A DNA stretch of 44,306 nucleotides from Octopus bimaculoides (taxonomy: Eukaryota), in contig NC_068996.1 in NCBI RefSeq assembly GCF_001194135.2, positions 46,365,049-46,409,354 of the forward strand. The letters are read 5' to 3'. This document shows positions 24,563 to 35,438 of this stretch, in pieces. The number at the start of each line of letters is the position of its first letter. Within the stretch, counting starts at the first letter, position 1. The notes under the pieces were generated by a model that made no database searches, was not told the origin of the DNA, and saw nothing but the letters and a program-made list of their open reading frames with translations. The translations under genes and the position numbers were made by a program.

Positions 24563-25905
24563 AGCATCATGGGGTAATTTAAGAGAGATTCAGTTGTTTG
24601 TGGCAGTATTAAGGTTTGCTCATTGGCTGATAATTATCAGAGAGATATTTGAGTCTGATGATATGACTCAGTAGGATGAGGCATTTAGTTGAATTTTCTT
24701 TTTTAACACAGCAAGAGAAAATTTCATACTATGCCAATAATTGCTTATTAGCTCTGACCTTCTAATAAGAATGAAAGTCCAATGTGTCATACACACACAC
24801 ACACGGTAATGATGACAACAGTTTCTTCATGTCCAAATATCACGAGAAAGAGCAAGACATCTTCAAGTGACCTTGTAAACTGATCCCTGACAGTTGTCTC
24901 TGCCTGCACTTGGCAGTTTTAAAGTCAGTCAGTCAGTCTGCACCATCTAATCTCACTCTTTAGACCTGGAGGCCTGACCACATTGGTTCAGAGGATCAAC
25001 ACGGCTGTGGTGACCAGCATTGGAAGGGCCTTTGCCAAGGTGAATTATCTTATTGGCAAGCCAGCAGAGTCATTAGCATGCTGGGCGAAATGCTTAGTGG
25101 TATTTCGTCTGTCTTTACGTTCTGAGTTCAAATTCCGCTGAGGTCGACTTTGTCTTTCATTCTTTTGGGGTCAATAAATTAAGTACCAGTTGCATACTGG
25201 TGTCGATCTAATTGACTGGCCCCCTCTCCCAAAAACTTCAGGACTTGTGCCTAGAGTAGAACGGAATTATTTTATCAGGCAGGAAATCTCTGCCTACCCT
25301 GGAATTGCCAGAATGGTGTCAAAGAGGCATCTCCTCACCTGAGGGACTCCACTCCTAGTCTTTCCCATTTCCAATGTAACTCACAAGGCAATGAGGGTTC
25401 TTGCTTAGAGTTTCTTTCACAACATGTGAATTAACCCCGAAATAGGACTCTGATAGAGGGAATTACTCCAAGTCAGAATAAACCTGAGAACAAACATTGG
25501 TTAAGAGGTTATTCCACACTCATCAAGACTCTGGAATTCCCAAAACCAGGACTCCACTACCAAATGCAGTTAAAAGTTATACCCAGAATAAATGGACACA
25601 CAATGCTAAGTCACATGTTAAGATTTTTTTTTTGCTGTTGTCATGTTTCTCTTTTTGTGTAACAATGGAAAAGAAAGTAAAATAACTGTGCTAAGAGAGG
25701 TAAAAGAAAGAGGGAAAGTAGTATTGTAGTGTGGAAGGTTAGGAACTTAAACAGGACAAAGTCAGAAGCTTGTGGGACAGGTAGTCATTCGAAAAGACAA
25801 ATTTAAGGAAGGATGGGAAAAAAAGAGAGGGAGTAAGAGAGGAGAGGTAGTAGTAGAATGGGAGAAGATAAATGAAGGAGGTAACGTTCATAGAGTATGA
25901 GGAAG

Positions 25906-25907
<2 letters not shown>

Positions 25908-25996
<89 letters not shown>

Positions 25997-26545
25997 GAGA
26001 GAGAGAGAGAGACAGAATTCATCATATCAAAGTGAGGAGAAAACATTAAGAAATAAAGAAAAGGGGTGGAGGTAAAATCTGTGAGTAGAGAGAGAGGTAG
26101 AGAGAGGGGAGAAGGGGAAGAGAGGGAGAGAGGAAGTAGAGAAGGAGGGGAGAGAGAGAGATACAGGTAGAAAGAAAGAGAGAAACAGGTAGAGAGAGAG
26201 GTACAGGTAGAGAGAGAGATACAGGTAAAGAGAGAGAGAGAGAGGTAAAGAGATAGAAAGATACAGAGAGAGAGAGAGATAGGTAGAGAGAGAGACAGGT
26301 AGAGAGAAATAGAGATAGGCGGAGAGAGATAGGCGGAGAGGGATAGGCGGAGAGGGATAGGCGGAGAGGGATAGGCGGAGAGGGATAGGCAGAGGGAGAG
26401 GCAGAGAGAGAGAGAGAGGCAGAGAGAGAAAGAGGCAGAGGCAGAGAGGTGGAAGCAGAGAGGCAGAGGCAGAGAGAGACAGGCGGAGACAGAGAGAGAT
26501 AGGTGAAGACAGAGAGAGGTAGATAAAGACAGAGAGAGAAAAATA
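25908..26545 (+). repeat. (TG)n microsatellite followed by a GA-rich low-complexity tract
   Basis: (TG)n at 25908-25995; AG-rich tract at 26080-26545 including gataggcggagagg units. Confidence 0.9.
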
Positions 26546-27086
26546 GGTTCATAGATAGGTGGCTGGTTTGAGGAATGGGTAGACAAGAGAAGAAGTTATG
26601 AAGTGTATGCATCTATTGAAAGAAAAAGATGGGAGGTGAAATGAATAAATGACAGAAGGCCCGAAATTTTGGGGGATGGGCCAGTCGATTAGATCAACCT
26701 CAGTATGCAACTGGTACTTAATTTATCGACCCTGAAAGGTTGAAAGGCAACGTTGACCCCGGCAGAATTTGAACTCAGAACGTAAAGACAGACGAAATAC
26801 TGCTAAGCATTTCGCCAGGTGTGTTAACGATTCTGCCAGTTCGCCGCCTTCCTGAAGCAAAAATATTAAGATTTACTGAAAGGAGACAGAAATAACCTCC
26901 ATTATTCTTTTCTCACAGAACTATAGTTTGTGAGTGGCTATGTAGTAAGAAGCTTGCTTTGCAACCAAGTGGCTTTTTAAAGCCTGGTACTTGTTCTATC
27001 AGTACCTTTTGCTGAACTGCTAAGTTATGGGGATGTTAACACACCAACACCAGTTGTCAAGTGGTGTTGGCAGACAGACACAAAGG

Positions 27087-27138
<52 letters not shown>

Positions 27139-28266
27139 GATATATGCACAAAGGGTTTCTTTCAATTTTCATCAACCAAATCCACTCACAAGACTTTGGT
27201 CAGCCCAAGGTTATAGTAGGAGACACTTGTCCAAGGTGCCATGCAGTGGGACAGAACCCAGAACCATGTGGTTGAGAAGCAAGCTCCTTACCACACAGCC
27301 ACGCATATCATCATCATCATCGTTTAACATCCGCTTTCCATGCTGGCATGGGTTGGATGGTTTGACTGAGGACTGGCAAGCAAGGAGGCTGCACCAGGCT
27401 CCAATCTGATCTGGCAATGTTTCTACAGCTAGATGCCCTTCCTAACTACAACCACTCCAAGAGTGTTGTGGGTGCTTTTTACGTGCCACTGGCACAGGAG
27501 CCAGTCAGGCGGCACTGGTGTCAACTGCACTTGAATGGTGCTTTTTATGTTCCACCGTCACAGGAGCCAGCCAGGCAGCAAATGTTGCTTTTGCAGAAAA
27601 TAAAAAAATAGTTTTACCGTTCCATAGCAAAACCATTGTACTACACTTTGAGAATTTTTGATATTTTGGTATCTAAAGCAGTTGGAGATATGATAGTTTG
27701 ACCAAAAGAACCCGCTATTGCATGCAAAAATGAATATTGATAAAAAAATGCATTTAGCCAAATTTGGACATGTGACAGTTTAACATAATAGCAACGATAT
27801 ATATATATGTATTGCTGGTGGCACCTAAAAAGCACCATACGAGCATGGTCAGTGCCAGTGCCGCCTGATTGACTCCCATGCCGGTGGCATGTAAAAGCAC
27901 CATTCGAGTGTGGTCAATGCTAGTGCCACCTGACTGGCCCTGTACCAGTGACAAGTAAAAAGAACCCACTACACTCGGAGTGGTTGGCATTAGGAAGGGC
28001 ATCCAGCTGTAGAAACCTTGCCAGTCCTCAGTCCAACCCATGTCAGCATAGAAAGCAGATATTAAACAATGATGATGACGATGACATATATATATATATA
28101 TATATATGAAGGGCTTCTTTCAGTTTCCATTAACCAAATTTGGTAGGCCCAAGGCTATAGTAGAAGACACTTGCCCAGAGTGTCACACAATGGGACTGAA
28201 CCCTGAACCATATAGTTGGGAAGCAAGCTTCTAACCACACAGCCATACCTCTCCTTGTCTCCGTAT

Positions 28267-28303
28267 TCTTTCTGTTGAAGAGCGTAGCTCGAAACGTCAA
28301 AGA
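28267..28303 (+). ncRNA. Minimal type I hammerhead-ribozyme-like motif (Penelope-associated type), variant core
   Basis: UCUUU-CUGUUGA-A-GAGC(gua)GCUC-GAAA-CG-UC-AAAGA: 5-bp stem I, 4-bp stem II, palindromic ACGU stem III, GUC site. The conserved A6 is U here. Confidence 0.45.
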
Positions 28304-28510
28304 CTTTCCGTATTCCCGAGCGTCATACTAATATATACTTTTGTTATTTACACCACCTGTCCTCGTCTGTTGTTATTATTTGTATATTCTCCCATATATA
28401 TATATATATATATATATATTATGTATAGACCAAACTGGTACTGTGTGACATTTGAAAAAGGTGCTATAAGACTTACACAAGAAACGAAAATCTTACAGAG
28501 ACAATGTTAC

Positions 28511-28655
28511 CTTTGGGGTGGACTCTGTGAGCAATCCTTAAAGCTGCAGGATGTGTGTGAATTCCATCACTTATTAGTCCATAGTATATGGTATGGTTAT
28601 CTGGAATTTTCTCACTCGTCAATAATCCTACCAAATGGGGATCGCGATGATGGAA
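28511..28655 (-). CDS. AMDHD2: AMDHD2 internal exon (145 bp, phase 0-1)
   Basis: [48 protein letters not shown](G), with the HRDP and DGIH motifs. Acceptor gtatattgcag, donor G|gtaaca. Confidence 0.96.
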
Positions 28656-28934
28656 CTGCAATATACCAAACAAGAGAGACTGAGTAAGGCTTTTTTTTAG
28701 TGTCACATGGAGACAGACGGTCATTGGTGAATGAAATGAGCAAAATATTAGGATTGTTAAATGTATTGCATCATAGAACAGATTATAACATCAGGGGTTT
28801 TTTCCCCCTTTATACAGAGAACAATAGTTGCAGACTTGCTTTTTTATATTTTTACTATTCAGGTCCTGGGTTAACTCTGATCAAGCAGAAACGGTCAACA
28901 GCTTATTGCTTTTGTAGCCCTTTTCACTGACAAG

Positions 28935-29290
28935 GTCGCCATCCACCTCCCTTCTTGCCGTCCACCTCCCTCCCTGCCAGACGCCTCCCTCCCTGCCAGA
29001 CGCCTCACTCCCTGCCGGATGCCTCCCTCCCTGCCTTCGGCCTTCTTCCCTGCCTTCCATCTCCCTCCCTGCTGGACCCCTCCCTCCCTGCCAGATGCCT
29101 CCTCCCCTGCCAGACGCCTCCTTCCCTCACTGCTGGCCGCATTCCCTCCCTGCTAGCCGCCTCCCACCCTGCTGGTTGCCTCCCTCCTTGTTCGCCACCT
29201 CCCTCCTTGCAGACCAACCAGCCGCCTCCCTTTCTACTGTCCACCATCTCACTCCCACCTTATCTGCCATCCACCTCCCTCCCTGCTGTT
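28935..29290 (+). repeat. C-rich degenerate repeat (cctccctccctgccagacg-like)
   Basis: Read directly. Confidence 0.8.
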
Positions 29291-31504
29291 CACCATCCTC
29301 CTCTCTGTCATAGCCATCTACCTCCCAACAGTTGTCATCATTATTGCCACCCAGGTGTGTTATGACGGGTTTTATGTCTGTTTTTCTATCATGGCTTGAT
29401 TTTGGAGAGGACAATATCACTTCCCACTCTTTTTTAAAAATGATATAGCACCATATATATTCTGATATCAGAATAGGTACAACATATTTCTGTGTTGAAT
29501 ATGAGGTGATTACAAAAAAAAAATGAAGGGCATTTTGCCATAAAACACAATTCACAACTCTGAGGTTTCATGTTTGATCCCACAGATTGAAGCCTTGGAC
29601 AAGTGTCTTCCACTGAAGCCTCGTTGACCAATGTCCTGCAAATGAAATTTCATTGACAGAAAATGTACAGGTTCCCATCAAAAGTATATGAGTGTGTGTG
29701 TCATCATCGTCATTTAATGTCCACTTTCCATGCTAGCATGGGTTGGACGATTTGACTGAGTACTGGTGAAACCAGATGGCTACAACAGGCTCCAATCTGA
29801 TTTGGCAGAGTTTCTACAGCTGGATGCCCTTCCTAACGCCAACCACTCTGTGAGTGTAGTGGGTGCTTTTACATGCCACCAGCATGAAGGCCAGTCAGGA
29901 GGTATTGGCGACGGCCATGCTCGAAATGGTGTATTTTACGTGCCACCGTCACAGGAGCCAGTCCATCGGCATTGGCAACGATCTCACCCGAATGTCTTTT
30001 CACGTGCCACTGGCACAAGTGCCAGGAAGGCGACGTTGGTAACGATCAACGGCCATGCTCGCATATTCACACTGACACTACTTGGGCACTGGTAATATTT
30101 GTTTATACCTCGAATAAACAATAGGTCCAATAGCTTGCAGTTCAACATACCTGCTGTTCAAAACACCTGAAGAATAAAGTACCTTATTTGTAAAAGCAAA
30201 TGTTGGTGACAGGGAGAGCATCCAACCATAGAATACTGATTCAAGAAGACTTGTCTAATCCATGCTAACATAGACAAACCACATGTAAAAATTATACTAT
30301 AAACATGATAAATATTGATTTCAAACTTTGGCACAAGGCCAGCAATTTAGGGAGTGGATAAATCAATTACATCAACCCCAGTGCTCAACTGAGACTTATT
30401 TTATCAAAAGAATGAAAGGTGAAGTCGACCTCAATGGAATTTGAACTCTGAATGTAAAGACAGACAAAATGCTAACGGTTCTGCCAGCTCACAACCTTAA
30501 ATAAACACCATTAATGTTAATTTCTCTTCATAGTACAGAATCCCAAATTTGATTGAATTTAGTCCAGTATATTACTGGGACAGTAGAGAGATAAGACAAA
30601 AATTATGAGAAAAAACTGTACAGAACCCCATAAGATGATTGTACATTTTCTTAGATACCAGGCTTAACCTGCCATCCAGTTAAACACCAACTCCCGGTCT
30701 GGAAATCATCATCATCATTGATTAACAACTGCTTTCCATACTAGCATGGGTTGGATGGTTTGATGTGGAGCTGGCTAGCAAGGAGCTGTCCAGACTCCAA
30801 CTGTCTATTGTGGTATGGTTTCTATGGCTTGATGCCTTTCCTAACGCCAACCACTTTACAGAGTGTGCCAGATGCTTTTTACATATCACCAGCACAGGTG
30901 TGTTTATGCAGCACCAGCAACAGTGCTTTTTATGTAGCACCAGCAAGGACAAGCCTCTGTTTGTGGAAGACTGATTTTACTTAGCTTGGTAAGAAAAAAC
31001 CCATTTTGCTGCAAGATTCTTGCGCTCTCTCCCACTCATCTCAAAGACTGTGAAAACAAGGTCATCAGTGCTACTATTCTTGTCATAAGTCTTGGAGATG
31101 ATGAAAAGGATCATGGGTACCGCACTTCCTTCCACTAATGTCGGAAGGTTTTAAAACGGGTCATAAAGATTGTTCTGCTTACCAATCTTGAAAGCCCTGA
31201 ATGGAGTTATGGGTATTGCCTTTTCTCCTACAAGTGACCCATAAAAAAAAAAATTATGCATATCTGCCTTCAACACAATATAAAGAATGTTATAGAAGCT
31301 CCCTGTAAAAGTTGGGCAAAGATGAAATAATAATAAGAATACTAGTGATATAATTGTTTTGGTTAACTTAGCTATATTCCTGCTACAGTGCCATAGATCC
31401 TGAAGCTACGGAAAGCGATGCCTGCTTAAAAACAACAAAAACCATGACAACAAAGATAGCAGTCATTTAAACAGTAACTACCATTATTACCACCACCACC
31501 ACTA

Positions 31505-32193
31505 CAATAACAATAATTCTGTAAATAATAATAATGGTATTTTTTTATAAGTTTAAAGTTTATAGCAATCACCGTGCAAATGACTAAGAAAAATAGTCTA
31601 ATAATGGGGCATATAAGCCCATCAACAGAAAACAGGCTTTCCCGTACACGTGGGACTCGAACCCACATCCCTTTGTTAACGCGACTAAGTGTGTTACCAA
31701 TTACACCAGTGAACCAGCCTGCTCCTTTCTGTGAAATTTAAGAATAATATTAGTTCGTAGCTGTTTTTGTAAACAAACTTTGTGCTTTCAGTGCAAACGG
31801 TTTTGTTAAGCAGTGTTGAGTTTTACAATGCTGTAAATAATAATAATGGTATTTTTTTTATAAGCTTAAAGCTTATAGCAATCACCATGCAAATAACTAA
31901 GGAAAATAGTCTAATAATGGAACATGTAAGCCCTCAACAGAAAAAAGTAGGCTTTCCTGTATGCATGGGAACAAAGGGATGTGGGTTCGCGTCCCATGTG
32001 TACAGGAAAGCCTTCTTTTTTTCTGTCAAGGGCTTATATGCCCCATCATTAGACTATTTTCCTTAGTCATTGCACGGTGATTGCTATAAGCTTTAAGCTT
32101 ATAAAAAAAAAAGATACCATTATTATTATTATTATTTATAGAATTATAAAACTTGACACCGCTTAACAAACAATTTATACCAATAACAATAAT
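31505..32193. mobile_element. Cluster of three copies of a tRNA-headed repeat; copies 2 and 3 form a long hairpin
   Basis: Copy 1 (minus) has a 73-nt tRNA-like head at 31715-31643 with intact D and T arms but no valid anticodon arm. Hairpin arms at 31802-31970 and 31992-32170, with a 21-nt loop. Confidence 0.75.
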
Positions 32194-32285
32194 GTAATTT
32201 CTTTGCCAATGCTTGAACCAACAACTTTGTGTTCATAGCCCAAGAGCTTTTCTACTTAATATCTGAATAACAATTGTCTACTTAC

Positions 32286-32374
32286 AGGCATCATGGCATT
32301 AAACAAATGGGTAATGAAAGAAGCACCATGCTGAACAGCAATTTCTCCTTGTACAAGATTGGCCATAGAATGAC
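32286..32374 (-). CDS. AMDHD2: AMDHD2 internal exon (89 bp, phase 1-0)
   Basis: Absent from the ORF track; read manually as (G)[29 protein letters not shown], with the GHS and THLFNAM metal-ligand histidines. Acceptor tttattctag, donor |gtaagt. In phase with both neighbouring exons. Confidence 0.96.
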
Positions 32375-33069
32375 CTAGAATAAAAACAAAAATCAAAATA
32401 AAATAATGCTGTTACATTTCGGTAGAGTCATGTTTGATAAATAATAAACACACATACTGCTAATAATTTTTTTGTTTCGTTTTTTTTTTTTTTTTGTCCC
32501 TTCGTTATTTTGTGTTACGTTAGCAATAGGTAAGACCTTGAGAAATTAATAATGCTAAGCATTTCGCCTGGCATGCTAAAGTTTCTACCAGCTCGCCGCC
32601 TTTTTTCTGTCAAGGGCTTATCACATTCTGTGTCACACTGTCACATTCTATATCACACAATCTTCCTGAAAACTACATTAAGGATACACGTCTGTGGAGT
32701 GCTCAGCCACTTGCATGTCAACTTCATGAGCAGGCTGTTCCAATGATCAGATCAACTGGAACACTCATAACCAATAGAGTGCCAGTTTTTTTTGGGGAGG
32801 GGTTTCACTCTGCGGCAAGCATTTGGACACAGTCGTAAGTTTAGGAGTAATTTTCTCCCACAGTCTTGGAAAGCCCTGAAAAGGCTCAAAAGGGCACTGT
32901 CCTTCATTCTGCCAATTACAAAGGCATTGGAAAGTGTCATAGGTACTGCCCCTCCCTACCACCATCACCTGAGTCCATCATCCAGCAGCAACCACAACAG
33001 GATATTGGCTGAGAGGACAGACTCCCTCCTCCAGTCATCAGCTAGGGATCAATCATCATTAATTGTCCT

Positions 33070-34070
33070 CCCCATCTCAGTCTGGGCTGGCTTATGAGCA
33101 GAAGGACCAATTCTATGAACTCCTTTTGCAGACCACCTCAACAACAAATAACAGAGGCTTTGTTATTGTGGCTGGTGACTTCAATGGACATGTTGGGCAG
33201 CACACCCATGGATTCTAGGGAGTGCATGGAGGTTATGGTTTTGGACTTAGAAATGAAGAGGGAACCAGGCTGCTGGAGTCCTGTGATGCAAATGATCTCA
33301 TGATATGCAACACTAACTTGAAAAAAACCAGCCAGCCACCTTATCACTTATCAGTCTGGTGAACACATAAGCCAAAGTGACTGCTTCTTCACCAGGTAAC
33401 GAGATAGATGGGTGCTTAAAAATACAAAGTCTTTCCTAGGTAAAAAGTGTACAACCCAACATAGGTCACTAGTTAGTGACTTCAGAATTAGAGATAGAAA
33501 GACCTGGAGAAATAAACCAATCTGGAAAAGAAGACTATGGAAGCTCAAAGACTCAGCAAAAAGACAAAAATTTAGAGATTTTTTTAATGGAAGTTTCTGA
33601 TGAAAGAATGGAAGAGTTAGGGACATATAGCTTAGAGCAGTGCTTCTCAAACTATCTGATGTGGCGTACCAGCAGTTTTTTTTTTCCCCCAATGTGCCAG
33701 GGACCGTTAATATTTCTTAGTAATATTAATTTATACCAGAAACAATATATATAACGAATATAATAAAAGTTGACAATTTTTTTTATCTTATATTTATTTT
33801 GTAAACAAATAACTCGATATTACATAAGCATTTTATAATGTTTCTTTCTTGTCTGGAAACTCGCCATGTACCGGCGGCTGATGGCTCACAGACCAGTGAC
33901 AGTCCACTGACCACCACTTTGAGTAGCACTGGCTTAGAGGACAACTGGAAGTTCCTGCAGGACAATATTGAGGGCTACAGACGAAATCTGTGGTTTGTAC
34001 AGAGTCCCAGATAGACCAAGGGTGATATGGTGGTGGAGCAAGAAGGTTGACAGTGTTATAAAAGCAAGCA
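33070..34070 (+). mobile_element. Degenerate RTE-clade LINE, apurinic endonuclease region (interrupted by hAT MITE)
   Basis: Reads ...QKDQFYELL...VIVAGDFNGHVG...HGGYGFGLRNEEGTRLLESCDANDLMICNT...HLITYQSG...QHRSLVSDF...LWKLKD, and resumes after the MITE as EDNWKFL...WWWSKKVD. Contains stops and frameshifts. Confidence 0.88.
33638..33931. mobile_element. hAT (Charlie-like) MITE inserted in the RTE endonuclease region
   Basis: TIRs CAGTGCTTCTCAAACT / CAGTGCTACTCAAAGT (right end read as reverse complement) and an 8-bp TSD GCTTAGAG (33630-33637, 33932-33939). Confidence 0.88.
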
Positions 34071-34423
34071 TATCCTCAGAGCATATACAAATGTTTACAC
34101 TCGTATACAAGTGAAAAATCTAGTTTGTTCATCTCACCCAGGCGTGAAAAACCAAAATAATTCAGTATTGAATAAATTCTGGTTTAATATTTATCAATAA
34201 AAATTAAGAACAAAATCTTTATAAGATTTTATCATAAGATTTTATAGGCGTAGGAGTGGCTGTGTGGTAAGTAGCTTGCTCACCAACCACATGGTTCCGA
34301 GCTCAGTCTCACTGCGTGGCACCTTGGGCAAGTGTCTTCTACTATAGCCTCGGGCCGACCAATGCCTTGTGAGTGGATTTGGTAGACGGAAACTGAAAGA
34401 AGTCCGTCATATATATGTATATG

Positions 34424-34462
<39 letters not shown>

Positions 34463-34779
34463 ATGTATGTGCGTGCATATGTTTGTATGTCTGTGTTTGC
34501 CCCCCCCCCCCCAACATTGCTTGACAACCGATGCTGGTGTGTTTACATCCCCATAACTTAGCGGTTTGGCAAAAGAGACCAATAGAATAAGTACTAGGCT
34601 TACAAAGAATAAGTCCTGGGGTCAATTTGCTCGACTAAAGGCTGTACTCCAGCATGGCCACAGTCAAATGACTGAAACAAGTAAAAGAGTAGCCAGTGAG
34701 TAAAACCAATTGGAACAAACAAACTAGATTTTTCACTTGTACGTGAGTGTGAACATTTCTATATGTTCTGTGGATATGT
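34068..34779. mobile_element. MITE-like element with about 55-60 bp imperfect terminal inverted repeats, containing a nested SINE
   Basis: catatcctcagagcatatacaaatgtttacactcgtatacaagtgaaaaatctagtttgtt (about 34069-34129) is inverted at about 34717-34778. Confidence 0.65.
34247..34690 (+). mobile_element. tRNA-derived SINE with CORE-like segment, full length
   Basis: A-box tggctgtgtggt, B-box-like gctcagtctc, CORE-like ggcaccttgggcaagtgtctt, internal (TA)n/(TG)n, tail gactgaaacaagtaaaagag. Confidence 0.85.
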
Positions 34780-35402
34780 TTTGCTCGTATGGTATGCATA
34801 GGTGTTTATATTTATGTATTTCTGGTTATGTCATACTGATGATAGGAGAGTGTATTACATCACCAGCCTTGAAATCGTTCAATATATGACTAAACTGTTT
34901 CAAAAAAACTTTTTGTTCATTACCCTGCTTTCAGTGCTTGGGTATATGTGATAAAATAGTTTAGAGTCATTTGGCATCTTCTTCTAGCATGTGGCATTAC
35001 CTCTCGAAATTCTCTTACTATAATTTTACAATTATATGTATCAAATTATATACTTTGTATTAATTTTTACCTTAATTGGTTTTACACACTGGCTACTTGA
35101 TAAAATCTTGTACAGATTTCATCATCATCATCATCATTGTTTAATGTTCATTTTCCACACTGGCATGGGTTGGACGTTTTGACTGAGGTCTGGAAAGCCA
35201 GTGGCTGCACCAGGCTCCAATCTGATCTGGCAGAGTTTCTACAGCTGGATGCCCTTCCTAACGCCAACCACTCTGAGTGTGTAGTGGGTGCTTTTACGTG
35301 CCACCAGCACAGGAGCCAGTTAGGCTGGCCTGGCATTGAACACATTTGGATAGTGCTTTTTACGTGTTACTGGCATGGGAGCCAATCCTTAATTTTAATT
35401 TT

Positions 35403-35438
<36 letters not shown>

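Noticed and set aside
31000-31260. Mixed-composition stretch with short open frames
   Set aside because: No recognisable motif or splice context in any frame.
31643-31715. Genuine tRNA gene
   Set aside because: D and T arms are good, but the acceptor stem pairs only 5/7, the anticodon arm is a poorly paired 19 nt, and it is attached to a repeated body. It is best read as a SINE head.
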